A stretch of DNA of 63,497 bases, filler included, from Choristocarpus tenellus KU-1152 (GCA_964200185.2; 12 parts of 12 records of this genome joined end to end with filler, not necessarily neighbours in it), one strand, 5' to 3'; positions 10,901 to 24,925 are shown, counted from the first letter of the whole stretch. Numbers and translations are program-made. Notes: generated by a model from the letters alone, not told the origin.

Positions 10901-12520
10901 TTGGCAGGGTTGCACTTTAAAGATCCCGAGAAAGGACAAGAAGGTGTCATTTTGTCTAATTGCAGAAAGAGCCTTTGTTGAATTATCATGTCACCTTGTG
11001 TGTGCAACAGGGGAATATCTATTTTGTTTGCATAATGTGTACATAAAGAAATAATATAGGGTGTATTGCACAGGGTAAGAGAGGTGGTATAGAATGCAAA
11101 AGAGTCCAAACCTACCTATCTCGCAATTGCTTTGACTCATTCGCAGGTACTACATGTGAGAACTCACCACAGTTGCACCCCAGAAGATCCCTATATGCTG
11201 CAGGATAAACAGACATAACTCGATGTTGTAAAGGCCCACCACAGCTGTAACAGTTGTGGCAAGAGCACTGACGAACCCCAACCACAAGATTATTTTCTTG
11301 TCCCCAACAAGTTTCACACACTTTGACATCTTGGCTAAATATAGGAGCTGACAAGCAAGCGTGAAAAAAGCACATATACAGATAGATATAAGTATACAAA
11401 AATAGTTGTGTCCACAACGATTATTAAGCACATGTGCCCGACTAGTTAGAAGACTTAATATAGATCAGGCACGATTTTATCATGGTAGAAGTAGATTTGT
11501 GGTCTAGACGCAGTATGTAGTCAGTATTTAATACAGATACCTCGGTGCTCCAGTTTAGGTACATTGTGTTGTCCTTCTGATACACCCGTTTTCACATATT
11601 CCGCTCAATTCCAGGGGGTGAACCTCCAGTTAGGGACTTGTCAACTCCCTGCCCGTTCTCTTAAGTTGCATGCAACTGTTGTATTCACGATGTGATATAT
11701 TGGATGAATTGTTCATGGACTACTTACTTTTGGTGGCAGTGAGACCAGCCAAAATTCCACTGTGAGAGCCGCGCCATATGCTGCTGCTGAGGCGGCCAGA
11801 CAAATGTAAGCGCTGAAGAGGAAGTAATCTTCCAGGGTGGTACGCCCTTCTCCCATCAGCAACACGGAGTAGATCACCAGTCCTGGAAAATAAAATATAC
11901 TGTTTATGTGCAAAGGAGGGTCGATAAATATAGCCACCTAAAGAGCATGTAAAATTCAGTTTGTGAGGTATTTTCTGCAGGGTTTTATCTTGGAAGCATG
12001 GTGCACAAACTATAGGGCTTGTGGGGCTTCACACGGTTACAGGAATACTGTGCGTTAGGCCCACCAAGAACAGGGTGACGACGGCCGGTAAAATTCTTTA
12101 CTTGTTCGATATTGGGAGCAGCTATTACGTGCAAAAATCTGAACATTTCTCTCTTTCCAGAGGCAATGGCAGTATCTATGTGCTCTTCATCGGGAGAATA
12201 ACGCATTTGTATCTGACGAACCTCGTGGCAACAAGAAGTTGTACTCGCAACTCGTCTTGGCGAGGTGTCCGTTTGAGCTGAAGTTTCTGTGCGCGGAAGG
12301 TGAGGCGTAGGCGAATGCTAGCCGTGACATTTTGAGCAATGCCTATAAGAGGGAGCATCGTCGATAAAATGTACACTGTTCTGACCACTGAGACTGACTC
12401 GCAGCTGGATTGTCCCATCACGTTTTTCGAGAAATATCCGTCCCCGCATATACATTGATCATGAACACAATGACCAGACCCTCCCCACCAAGGATGTCGG
12501 CAACCATACACGCATGACAT
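7964..12520 (-). CDS. Putative EGF-like + ~7TM (GPCR-like) membrane protein, ~426 aa; 7 exons: 12520-12222, 12138-12065, 11882-11728, 11347-11168, 9185-9111, 8830-8666, 8296-7964
   Basis: Exons with GT-AG borders join in frame from ATG to stop. The N-terminus is Cys-rich (GSGHCVHDQCICGDGYF...C). Hydrophobic helices follow (VVRTVYILSTMLPLIGIA; LVIYSVLLMG; FLFSAYICLAASAAAYGAALTVEFWLVSLP; IILWLGFVSALATTVTAVVGLY; LFILQHIGIFWGATVVLHVASVGISL; GLTVISGIYLGFSLGSTW; PLIFVTFGQHCLVSTFFIVVIFII), then a charged C-tail. Exon 2 and the start codon are the least certain. Confidence 0.6.
9763..10341. mobile_element. Composite MITE (two tandem ~260-bp units) in an intron of the 7TM gene
   Basis: Perfect outer 13-bp TIR GAGTCAAAGTAAA/TTTACTTTGACTC, flanked by ATTG on both sides. 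The internal units share ttaaggatgctgacaaatatg. Confidence 0.7.
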
Positions 12521-15205
12521 GTTGTTGAGACTATTGTGAAGTCCATGTACCCAAGAGATCGAGAAAAAAGGTGAGGTATAATGCCATAGAGGTGAAACAA
12601 CATCTCTGATCAATGACAAAACTGCAACTTGAACAAAAATAAAACAATTTAGACTTATTTAGTCACAACACACCACTGTCTTGTGATCAAGGGCAACGAA
12701 AAAAATCTTGCTAAGTATTTATATAAAAGATCAACAACACCCAATATTTGGATAGGACATCATCAGCACCGTCCCATATCGTCACGTCGTGACAAAAAAA
12801 CAAGGAAAAGGGGGAAAAAGGGGAAAAAACGAACAAAATCAGCACCACATCCCCTCACACAAATTAAATGAAAGGGGGAGGAGCAAAACAAAAATATCAG
12901 CCCCATAGAGAGAGGGTGGTGAGGAAACCTGCACTATTTTGCTGAGATCAGTAGCGAGCGAGTGTGCAGGTGCCCTGATGAAGGTACTAATTACCAGCAG
13001 CATGGTGATGGAGGGCAATAAATGAAGTGGTTGCTGTCCAGTGCAGAAGTACTACCTACCGCTGGGTTGTGCCATGTACAGCATTTCTGCTGAGCGGACC
13101 ACAATGTTGTCTCGTGTCATAGAAAGCAGACTTAGTTTAGAGGTGGAAAGACATAGGGGGAAATGTTCTTTACACCAGCAATGCTAGAAAAAGGAAGCCT
13201 GCGGAGGTGTCATAGAAGAGAAAGTGCCACAAGCACAGTGACAATTAGTGGTATGAGGATGGCAATCAGCGATGCAGAGGAGGAGACGCGGCGCAAAGCA
13301 CCCTTGAGAATCCCACATGGTTTGCGAATGGCACATGGTTCCTATTCATTCCCCACCACAATAGGTCCATTTTCGTTCAATCGTCAGAAAGGGCATTTTG
13401 TGTTACCATAGGCTCATCATATGTGCTAAAACACTAAACAGTTAAAAGTTGGGTACATGTCAATCCACGTGTTTTATTTATCTAACCCTCTGCGTGAATC
13501 GTGTGATTCTGTGGCGGCGTGGTTCACTCAGGCAAGGGTGGTGAAGAGAATCACNNNNNNNNNNNNNNNNNNNNNNNNNNNNNNNNNNNNNNNNNNNNTT
13601 AATTAATTAANNNNNNNNNNNNNNNNNNNNNNNNNNNNNNNNNNNNNNNNNNNNCCCAAAAATCGCAACATGAAAAAATTGGCCCCAAATGGACAGCCGC
13701 CACCCCCCCCAGATACTTTGACCCTCCAAGAACCAGAAGCGCTGTATCGGTCGGTCCTCAAACACAAAATATGAGTACAGAAGCGCCATGCCATGCCAGC
13801 CATGCAGGGGACATAGATAGGGTTAGGGCTTACTAGGCAATACTGTATGACCATGAAAGAAACTGCTGACAGTGTGTTGGGTGCTACCTTACACAATCAG
13901 GGATGTACCTTATATTGTCATATGGAACCAGCAACGCCCCCAAACTGAGCAAAGATTACCTCATCTCTGAAATATTGAGAAAACATGTGGCCCAACACAT
14001 TGTGGAATCCTAACCCTAGTTTGTTTGAATGTTACTGCATGGTGTTCTGCATGTGTGGAAGTGTGAAGTGTGCCTGGGTGTCAATGCAAACACCAATGGC
14101 CAACAAGCATATCTTGGTTGCGTCCGAGAAGCCAATCCCTGGTAATGCTACTCTACCAGTCTATATAGCTGGCAAAGAAAATTCTTCCATGAGCTCACTG
14201 ACACTCTCACTGTCATTTCAAAACTCACCAGATCATACTTGCAATATTACATTCAAGTAGGGCTAGCAACAGAATGCTAGAGTGGTTCGCACTTTTTTCC
14301 TGCAACAATTTCACAAATACCACTATAAAGTACGGACACATCTACACCAAGCGCCTTCATCATGCTTCTTCCTATCTCTGCATCTCTAAGTGAATCACCT
14401 TTCAAACTTCAAGGACACCGCAAAAAATACAAAAATGAAACACGAGAAAGTGAATATCTGCAAAATCTGTGGTAGCTCTTACATCCCCATTGATGAGTCC
14501 TAGTACACCATATGCAAGGTCAACTTTCTTCAAAACAAAATACAAAAAATCACACGATAGTGTTGATAGAAATATGAAATAGTACACAATACTAATAGCC
14601 ACAAAGATGCACAACTCAGTATTTTCTATGTCCATCAAGGAATTTTTTTTTTTAAACAAACCTAACCCTTACCCTAACCACCCTATCTTCACACGACTAA
14701 TACAAGGAGCACAAGCAAGCACAACTGATCTCTTAACATCTCCACGATCTTATGAAACCCTTACCTTACACCTCTTAGCACAATTGCCACTCTTATCACA
14801 ACCACAGAATCCCTAACCCTAAACAAAAGAACTATCTAACCAAACCCTAACCCTAACTCTGAGTAGACAGGAAAACTACCAAAAACTGACAAATATTTAC
14901 ATACATGTGTATGTGTGAGGCGTCCCAACCTATCCATCCCCAGTTGAAAGAGAAAGTGCACTTGTTGAGGGCAGAGGGGCTGCAGTGAGCCAACAACATG
15001 AAACATGCTGACACAGTAACCTGGATACCAAGGTGCAGTTAGTTAGGGCGAAGGCAGTCCAATTCATATGGTAGAGGACCAATAGCAAGTAGGCGACACA
15101 GTTGCACAGGTGTGGCCACAAAAGAGTAAAAGACATGCAAGGCATGCTCTAACCTCACATCCAAGTTTATGGTCACTGGTATCCTTGAATATGCAATCTG
15201 GTCTA

Positions 15206-15468
15206 CAGTCAGATGGTGACCCGATCCATCAAATCAACACTATGCCAACTAGTTCAAATTTCACCTGTAGTGCTTCAATGCAGACGAGAAGATACCACTG
15301 GTTGTCCTGCAACAACCTTTCTGCATTGAAGGATTGCAGTGAAAATCCATCGAGTTGGCGTAGTGATAATCGGATCGGGTCTTACCACACCTTGTCTGCA
15401 TTGAAGCATTTCAGCGAAATTTCATTGAGCTGGCATAACATTGATCAGATTGGGTGGCCATCTGGCTG
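15206..15468. mobile_element. Foldback MITE with long imperfect inverted arms and CAG...CTG ends (Tc1/pogo-like)
   Basis: 15206-15288 is roughly the reverse complement of 15391-15468 (cagtcagatgg...gcttcaatgcagac / gtctgcattgaagc...ccatctggctg). There is an extra internal arm copy and TA/TG flanks. Confidence 0.6.
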
Positions 15469-16699
15469 TGACTTAACTGACAGTGCATGAGGCGTTTTGC
15501 TTGTCTTCTGTGAACAAGGTTGCACGCTCAAGGATACCAGTGACCATAGACTAGAATGCAAGATTGGACTGTGCTTCTCCACTTTCGTGGCCACACCTAC
15601 ACATCAGGGCTGGCCGTCATCCGGCTGAGCGAGCAATCCTTCTTTTCCGTGGCTTGTGACAAACGATCAAGGTGTGACTACTGGTTACGCATGGGTGGCC
15701 AGGGAATAGTTCAGTGCAGCCACAAACCTACGTCCTCATGTGGAGGAATTGAATCCAGGGCAGGGTATCGAGGCTTCCGACACATCCATCCCTACCATAG
15801 TTGGGCTAATTGTATTCTTAGAGATGGGCGCTTCACCTTCGCCATCTTCTTCAAGATCGTTCATGATCTCCACGACCTCAGAAGCTTGGGCGTCCATACT
15901 CGGGAGTTATAGATGGTGGAATTGATACAGACTAACAAGGGTCTTGGCCAAGACAGAAGAACGACCGAATATCGACCGTGCGTGATGACTCTTTATCCCT
16001 CTTCAATCTCTACCGGTTGTGGGCAACGAAGGGTCGATAGATTGTGACAGTTTACGGACGTGTGTGGAAATTTCTGTAACAAGGACTATATATATACAAG
16101 GACTATATATTGGTACCAGACATAACTCGAACTTCAATACGCTGAAATGCTGCAACTATTAATCGCAGTCTGGTTTAATTCTTCTCGCTCATTAGCGTAG
16201 TGAAACTGACCTGTGTGATTGTCTATTTGTATACTAATCAATTTAGCTGTAAGTAACGTCTTCACGGAAATTCGTCCCTAGATTCCACACCTAGATCGGT
16301 GATGTTCCTTCCAACATCCTTTTGACCGTACCAATCCATGTAGGGACTGCACCAGAGCTTCCTCAATACAATGCTGTAATGGATCCGTTACAGGAGCGGA
16401 TGAAGCCATGCATTCATACTCCTCACAGCTTCAGGCACATGACCTGTCCCTGGTTGAGTTCCCCACCAGCACGAAGTGTTGACTAAAATTTGGAAAGGAT
16501 AGAATCGCCATGGAAGGCTCTCCATGCTTGGAACGCACAGACAGTATCGCGAATCACTTGCAAATAAAGCACACATCGAAATATACTCTCTCTCCGCGTG
16601 TGTCATGCGCGCGAAAGTAACAAATTTTGTTGGCAGTTTCGGTTTTAAGTGAAACCTCACACTCATTTCAGAAGGGCTAGTAGTTAGAAACTCTTGATC

Positions 16700-17450
16700 C
16701 AAACCCCATGTTTGAACATGGGGTTAGGGAATTTGGTTATAACACACAGGTCTTGAAGGATGCGGTGAGATCACGTCGTAGTGGTACAGAATTCGTAGGC
16801 ACTCAACCACGCATCACTTACTTTCAAGCAACAACGAAGAGGGGTAGGTGTCAGTAGTTCCATCAAAGAAGTGTTGTGGGTAGAGCGCCCAGCGAGCACA
16901 AAAATCTATCAACAATATATTCGGCGATGGGTTTTCATCGCATGATTTAGTTGTACTCCCCCCTCACCTCTTTTTCTGGACGCATGGATAAGGTTGGAGT
17001 ATCATGCCGTGTTCAACCCAACCGAGGTTGTTTGTTCGGCAACCCGAAACTTGAATCAGTTTGAAACCTCCAATAGTCGAAAGGGATGGTAATGAGTGAG
17101 TGAGAGGTGTCTATACTGTCACATCTTAGGTCTCTATCCCTCTTCACCTAAAAGTAAGACATTCATATGATTGGTAGTCGATAAACGCATCATGCATTTG
17201 CTGGTTGTACTGACGTGCTTGAGAGAAACGAGATCTAGCCTCACCTTTTACAACATGTAAGGAATATATATTGAATTTGGATTGTTCTGATAATGGTGCG
17301 AGAGATTTCAAAACGCAACTGAGCTGGTAGTTTTAATACACCGATCTAATAGGCTCCAACTTTCATAACAACTGAACCCTTTTTTGGATCCTGGTGTTCA
17401 AGATTTATCCATGTGGGCAAGTGACACTGGAACTGCTCCTGGTGGTGTGA
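16700..17450 (-). mobile_element. Highly decayed LINE reverse-transcriptase remnant
   Basis: Minus-strand fragments PKKG...KNYQL and ARQYNQQMHDAFIDYQ resemble the RT PK...NYRPI and AFIDxxKAFD motifs, in the expected order. Confidence 0.35.
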
Positions 17451-20400
17451 TATTGTTTTGTCACTTGATGACACAGAAAACATTCAAGTTTGTATGCCTT
17501 AATCATCATCATATTGGATGGAAGCAAGTGTCAGCTGGCTGCAACTCTATCGATTTATTGTATTGACTGATTCTCAAATACTTTACTCTGCCTGGCTAAT
17601 GTTTCCAACCCCAGAATAAACCTGTCTCTTCCACCTTCAAACAGTCAGTTGTACTACCTACACATCTTCCTCAACTACAGATAGGTATACAGCATTTTAA
17701 TTGCTCCATTCTATCCTCTCATTAATTAATTGTCATCCAAAGGAAAACAGATACTGCCAACAGCACCACATCAAGCTAGTCTCCACGGATAAAACACCTC
17801 CAAACCTAGTTAGACAAAAACAGCAGCAGGATAAATCATCGTAATTGGAAAACCAGCAGGAACACTAAGGTATAAATTGGTTTTATCTGTTCATGAGTGA
17901 GAGTTCTCACACCAACCTTGTTCTCATCCGTGCACCTCTCTTCTTGCTGGTCATTGTATCACTGAATTGAGGACTTCCTCTCTCTTTCCTCTCTATTATT
18001 CATGCTATTCTCTTCTTGCAGACTATGTCAAATGATCTAGCACTAGAAACTCTGAGGAAGAAATTCAACCCTGGGAATTTCTGCCTTTTTGCAAGGGCCA
18101 CTCACGAAAACTCACCTTCGTATGTGGTGTCTTTCCAAAATGAGGTAATGGATACCCCAGCAAAGAAAGGTGAGATAAACCCCATTGTGCAGCTCGAATA
18201 TATTATATATAACAAATTCCCCAACAGATGGTAGATGAATGACCAAACCCTATTTAAACATTTCTGACAAAAAAAAATGGAGTACTTCACCTATCTGCAC
18301 TTTTTTTCCAGAAGCCATTTTACCAAGATCACCCAGTCTTTTTTCACAACAATATGAAGCTCTTGCCACTGAAGCACAATAATTTGTTACAAGTAAAGAA
18401 GGGTTCATTTTATACACAACATGATTTTTTGTTATCCATTTTCAGTACACACCGTAATCAATTTGTTATGAATAGCAATGAGGAGTGAATGTATCACATA
18501 ATATTTCAAAGCACTTGTTAGCGGTTCGAGGATGGTCCATCCAGATTGCTTATTGGACACATATATCTGTCCATGACATATCTATATGATACCTTCAAAA
18601 TTTGGAGGAAAATTCTTTTTTTCTGTTTCTTTGACAAACTTGTTTCTCTATTTGAGCTCGTTCATTATATTTGTTAAGGGGTACTACTACTACTGTTGTT
18701 GTTGATATTGGGACCCTCTGTTTCTCAAAGGACTCTGCTGTTTCTTGGCATGAAACCCATGCATTTGTGTTTTTTCTTCATTCATTTTTTTCCTTTTTTT
18801 CTTTTTTAGAAACAAGAGAGTAATCTCCTTCCATTCAATAAAGAAGAAATTGATAAACATATCGTTTATGTACAATTATGAAGTACTTTGTAGTAAGCTA
18901 CCTTAATATCAAAGATGGAAGTCATGGACGATAAAGTGCATGCAGTGTCAACAAAGTGTAAGTGTAAGATGTAACACACAAATAACAAGAGTTTTTATGT
19001 ATTCATGACAGAAACGACCCCATCATTCTGAGTACGGCACAGAACATATTAACATCCAACGAAGAAGTAATATTTCCATCAGATGTCGATCCTCAGAAGG
19101 GATTTCAAGGAGGCTGCATGCTAGTTCACTTCATACTTCTATTGGATACAACACATGAAAAAGTGACATGATAGAGGACAAACACAGGGAAACATCATTC
19201 CTTCAGTAGCCAACAATCAATGCCACAACAGCTACCTCTAAAAATGTGTTAGCTGTAGGTTTGGTACTTGACCTCACTATTGTCAATAAAAGTTACTTCA
19301 ACTTCAAACTTTTATCTATTGTAGTCAATATATATACTCAGAATATGATACATACTTTTGTCATCTGAATGGAATGTTTTATAATAACTGTTGTTACATA
19401 TATTACTTTTACTTCAAACTCTTCTATATAGTCAGTAGATATACTCAGAATATTTATTGCCTATACGTTTGACACATGGATGTACTAAACATATTCGCAT
19501 TTCATTTTTTTCCTATTTTATTCTTATCTCCAATATATTTATTTTTGGTAGTAATATTGTTGACCCAAATATTTTTATTTTGTTAGATTTTTGTTATTGT
19601 TATCTATATTATCATCTTCTTGTTAATAGTGTCATTTTTATAGGTGTTATTATTCTCACATTTGAATTGGTGTTTATTGGTTTTTCCCATTGGAAAATGT
19701 GACGTAAGAAATGCTCCCACTCTTTTGGAACACAAGAAGAAACGCTCGCGCTACTTGCCTTTAACGCATGTTCCTCGCTTGTTATAATTCATATGGTTCG
19801 AAAAATAACAGAATCAACCGAACCTTTTCTGTTCAGTTATTCGGATAATCCGAATTATCAGAAACTGAAGGCTGATTGACATGTCGTGACCACTATTACC
19901 AATACTACTAACACTGCTAACACTACTAGAAAGTACAANNNNNNNNNNNNNNNNNNNNNNNNNNNNNNNNNNNNNNNNNNNNTTAATTAATTAANNNNNN
20001 NNNNNNNNNNNNNNNNNNNNNNNNNNNNNNNNNNNNNNCCTTGTCCTGTATTGCTGCTTTGTGTCTTGACGGACCTCCTTCCCCCCCCCCCCCTTCAGCC
20101 TCGTCGTCAGTGCTTAACATTGTTTTTTTTCGTGCGGCCCACTCACTAATTTGGGAAATTCTCCATTTCCACACACAACAAATATCATTGGTGGCGAAAC
20201 TGTATGAAGGTTTACTGATACTTGCTAGTAACAGTGTAAATAATTTCGATATATATATATATACACATATATATATATATGTACCATTTAGTGGTTTCTT
20301 GCATGGTCAACCATGTCACGAACTTAACCATATGACTCGGGTCTCAAGCATAGCTTGTTGTTGTCAGTCTCATCATGGACAACCTTCCGGCTTGAGTTCT

Positions 20401-21170
20401 TGGTTCGTTTTCTTGTTGTCAGTTTCTTGTTGTCAGTCCTCAGCGGTAAACGCTCGCATTGATTTGTTCCTAATCTTCAAGAGAACGTTGCTAAGCTACT
20501 CTTTGTTCCTACAACAGGAGAAAGGCAAGCGCTATCGGCTTATCCCACTTGATGTGCTAAACTTCATTGATGGCCAGGGTGATGACCTAAAGGTGCAGGA
20601 GGTGCCCTCTGCCAGGAATGGTCCACCTCACATTTGCAAGACTGAATGGAAGTGTTGGGCAGGGATGCTTTGATCAAGCACCTGGGCATTCTGACAATAT
20701 CCGAGGCATAGCCACCACCACTGGAAGCGGAACTTGGTATACAGAGCTCACATTAATCAAAATTTACAATTTCGAACACAGAACCAACTAAATAAAAAAA
20801 AATGAATAATAAGAAAAGGCATCAGATGTCCGGGGGGAATGGAGGTGATGGGGACAGCTATTGATCGATTTGTGATATTCAGTTATCAACCCAAAGCGGT
20901 AACATATTTTCTTCACATATGGGCAGATCCAAGACCTTCAGGGAGCAGCTCTTGAATATAGTGCAGGGTTAACCTTAATGTGAAATTTCTTTTCAACCTC
21001 TCTGACCTACTGACCATCCTTTGAACTTGGTCTCAGTGATATAAGAAACCGTTAGGAAGTAAAAAAAGAACTATCCAGCAAGAAGCAAAAAACTCCACAA
21101 CATTTCTCGTTTTATCTATGCCACGTCTCAACAACTTCCCCTCGCAATCCTTTCACCTCCTCACTCCCAC

Positions 21171-22532
21171 CTCATGACCCGCCGTCTGAAGCAGTAGATG
21201 TTCTTAAGGTTGTTGGAGAGGCGGGCCTCTCGCAGGAACATCACCACAAGGTTAGCGCCCCTGAACCTCCGATACAGCCAGTCAGTTGATGCAGCATTTA
21301 ACCAGGTCTTTATCACCTTAATCTTGCTTGTCTTCTTTACCCCAGTGCTCCACCTAACTGCTCGCTGGAGCCTGATAATCCCATGATGTAGAGGCATCCC
21401 CTTGCCATCATCATATTCCGATCCCGGACCGAAATCACAGACCTTTTTTTTTTTGCGGCCATGGATAAGTTTTGGTGCTTGAGATTTGATGTGAAGGCCC
21501 AGGTCTATCTGATTTTGGATACCCACCAACTGTAGTGCAGCGGCACCAGGGAAACTATGAGGGTATTGAGCCACAGTGGTTAAGGATGTGCAGAGGATAA
21601 GGAATGTTTGACCTATTGCAACAGATTTGCATTGCCTTGGTACGTCTTGATTTGGGAAGGCAAAGAGAGAAACGAGAAAAAATGAAGGCGGAGTCCTGTC
21701 ATAGACTCAGGGGGTCATGATCCATCCACCTTGTTGCTCATGGCGCTTGCAAAGGCCTTCATTGATATTTCAAGCTCCCTCTGATACTCCTTCCACTTAT
21801 ATCGCCAAGACACAACTGCACAGGCCACTGCTGCTGCTATCAGCAGGGTCTTCTGACGCTGCATATGCTGAAGTGCAGCATCCTGTACCGTGGGGGGGAA
21901 GGTAGAGCGAGGTGATGCAGGATTGGTACTGAGTGATACATATACATCATGTGAAAAAGGTGAAGGGAAGGGAGAAACTGGGGTCACGTGTTCAGGACAT
22001 GGGGACCCCACTTGAACAGAAACAAGCAGGCGTTGGGATGGTATCGTATGTCTTGTAAATCACAATAGACTGGATTTTTGTTGAAGTAAAGGACCATGTG
22101 TGCACAGAGGTAAGGTGAGTTGTGTATTCCAGAGGGACTTCGACAGGTGTCAGGTTCTGTGTGTACGTTTGTATCAACCACCAAATTCAACGTGTACAAG
22201 CCTGGCAAAAACATGGTACACAATCTCTCTCTTCAACCTTGTACAAATAATTCAGAGGAGAGCGGTAAAGTCCAGATGCATACACACACACACGCACTAA
22301 CCAACATATACTCTAGCATTTGTGCCAGTGGAATAGTGGCACTCTCCCTCATGGAGCCAAAAAATCAAGTCAAATAATTAGTTCCCACTCCCGTACCTCA
22401 GATCGACTTCTGAATGTCTCATATTTTGCACGAAGGGCCTCTGCAGCTCTCTCTTGCTGTTTGGCCAAGGCTCTCTTTTGGACAAGGAGTCGGGCCTTGT
22501 GCTGTTGGGCCTTGAACGTGGCTTCCGTGAAC
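21171..22532 (-). CDS. Exons of a hypothetical helical/basic protein (22532-22397, 21882-21730, ~21365-21171)
   Basis: GT-AG bounded exons join in frame: FTEATFKAQQHKARLLVQKRALAKQQERAAEALRAKYETFRSRSE|DAALQHMQRQKTLLIAAAVACAVVSWRYKWKEYQRELEISMKAFASAMSNK|RAVRWSTGVKK...NIYCFRRRVM. No family recognised. Confidence 0.5.
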
Positions 22533-23418
22533 CTGATTTGTCACGAGTTGTGCCAAGAGCATTCGATGCACGTGAGTTAAAGACATAGTGTTATAAATGC
22601 GGAAGGGGAACTGGACAGGGGCATCAAGCCAGAACAAAGGTCTCATGAGAAGGTGGGGCAGGCAGGGTTGGTTGACTCTGACAGATGGTGCAGTCAACAC
22701 GTTATCAACCACCTCCTAAAATGATTTCCACAAAAATACAGTGCCAATGTTATCTCCACATAATGATGTGCTGCACAAGCAATCTCGAGCACACCCGATA
22801 AGTTGACCAGGTGGTACTACTATAGATATCAATTTACCTCTTTCCCACAACACCCGAGTTTGTGTGTCCCACTGTTATTGCACAGGATGAATAATATTCT
22901 ACCTGAAAAAATTCAATCACTGATACTGCCTCACTCGCTATCTCTTTAGGACCGATCTCCTTGCACAATGCATGTAGCTGGTAGTAAAAATTGTAAAACC
23001 TCACCCTATACTCGATGACTTGATACACACACAAACACATAGGTATGCACAAAGAGTTTTGGGGCTTAGCACTGATGGGTTGCTCCGGGAGATGTTACTG
23101 CGAAAAGGTGGTATACTGGAATACTGATCCCGACTATGGATGAGCAAGCATTGCCTCAATGTTTTCACAGGCAAAGGACAACTCTCTGGAAAAGAGATGC
23201 TGCAAGTGCAGTCAGTGGTGGAGGTGGTGAGGCCCAAAGTATCTGGGGGGGGGGGGGGGGGGNNNNNNNNNNNNNNNNNNNNNNNNNNNNNNNNNNNNNN
23301 NNNNNNTTAATTAATTAANNNNNNNNNNNNNNNNNNNNNNNNNNNNNNNNNNNNNNNNNNNNCCCCCCCCCCCCCCCTCCCTCCTACCCGCCCGCCGTCT
23401 TAGATTATCTTCTTACAA

Positions 23419-24325
23419 CTATTCGTCAGCCCCTTTATCCTTCTCTGTATCATACCCTAACCCATCTTCTTCTTCCTCCTCGTCCTCCTCTTCCATGGCA
23501 GAATCACTACCTCCACTCCATACGTTGCGACCAATACCCTTTTCACCCGTGCTGGAAGAGGGATACTTGCGCTTTCTAGTGGTCATTGGCGTCAATTCTG
23601 AGTCCGAATCCACCACTTCGAACCCTTGAGAACGCACTACCCTACCACCCGGGAGTGCGTTGAATTGTGATCTGGTGTTATCTTTCAACCGGGGTTTGCA
23701 CACCCTCCCGACCACGGGCGTGATGAACATCTGTCCGGGGCCAACCTGGGAGAAGGGGAGGAGGACCTGTTCACGGCTTCCGCTCTGCGGCACTTCTGAT
23801 GTGAACTCGATGTTGGCGTTGTCTGCCTTCTCGGTCCATCACATGTAGTACAATGGGCAAGTGGCTGCCACGTGCAAGTAGAGATCTGCGCCTGGCCCAC
23901 ACACCTCCATTCCAGGCGAAAGCATGCGCTTGAGCTGTCTGTTTGACGATCGCAGCAAAGTCTTGGGGACTCGCGATTTCCAGCGGTGGTGTGGGTAACT
24001 GCATGCACTCTGTTGGCAACGTGTAAACATCTACAAGGAAACATCATCAGTACAATTGCAAGCCCGAGACCTATCCATAGGGTTAGTAGGCAAACAACAA
24101 GTTGGAAAGCAATGGAAAAAGAAGCCAGCACACCCTTCTTACCTTCCACTTGCCGTCCTCGTAGACTTGGCCGAAGGACGTGTCCATCTTCTCCTTCACC
24201 TCGTCCTTTGAAACCGCGTTGGACACGAACACCTCCACCCTCCTGCCCCGTTCAAGGGCCGCCCCCATCACATTGTGCCTCTCTGCGCTGTAGGAGACGA
24301 CGGTGTCCCCAGCATTCGTGTACCT
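23419..24325 (-). pseudogene. Frameshifted coding remnant of unknown function (possibly TE-derived)
   Basis: Overlapping protein-like ORFs in different frames (DVYTLPTECMQLPTPPLEIASPQDF..., CGPGADLYLHVAATCPLYYM*, ...VLLPFSQVGPGQMFITPVVG...acidic tail). A candidate exon at ~24325-24152 ends in a GC donor. Confidence 0.35.
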
Positions 24326-24439
24326 AGTGTGGGAGGGCAGTTCGTAAATTAGCCCTAACGTGGTACATTGTATTGCGCACGGATTCATCATTTCACAGTG
24401 TATGCAATGCGTTCCGATACAGGGCAACACGCACTTTGT

Positions 24440-24925
24440 GTGTTTCGACGCTTAACGTACCGATTCGGGAAACAAACTACAGAGGACGGCAGCCCTTTCA
24501 CAGCAAACAGGAATCTCCGCAAAGATCTGGTTTTCCATGCAGGGGCACTAACGGTCGCTGGAACAGCTCCCTATAGGGACAAAGGACTTCTGCTAGACGT
24601 CACCTTCGCAGAGGTACAGGCAACCTCCCACCTAACCCACTCATCCACCAGCAATGGTGTAGCTGCTGCTGCAGCTGAGGCGCGAAAGCGCACTCACTAT
24701 GAGCGCCACTTTGATCCTTGTAGTTATAACTACAAGCAAGTGCAAAGTTTGGGGCGTCTCGACAAGCAAGCGGAATGCTTCCTGGATGAGCTATCTACTC
24801 ACATGGCAGGGGGGAGAGGAACGGGAGGATATTGCAGGAAAGGAGTAGTTAAATCCCGGCTACGCCAAATTGTTTCGGTGAATACGCAAGTGCATTGTCT
24901 CGACATGTCATGCGCTTTAAACTAG
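24440..24925 (+). mobile_element. 3' end of a CRE/R2-type non-LTR retrotransposon (restriction-like endonuclease domain), decayed
   Basis: EDGSPFTANRNLRKDLV...LLLDVT...AAAAAEARKRTHY...SLGRLDKQAECFLDEL...RKGVVKSRLRQIVSV matches the R-x-D / DVT / AE-x2-K-x3-Y / ES-x-GR pattern of RLE domains. Confidence 0.75.
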
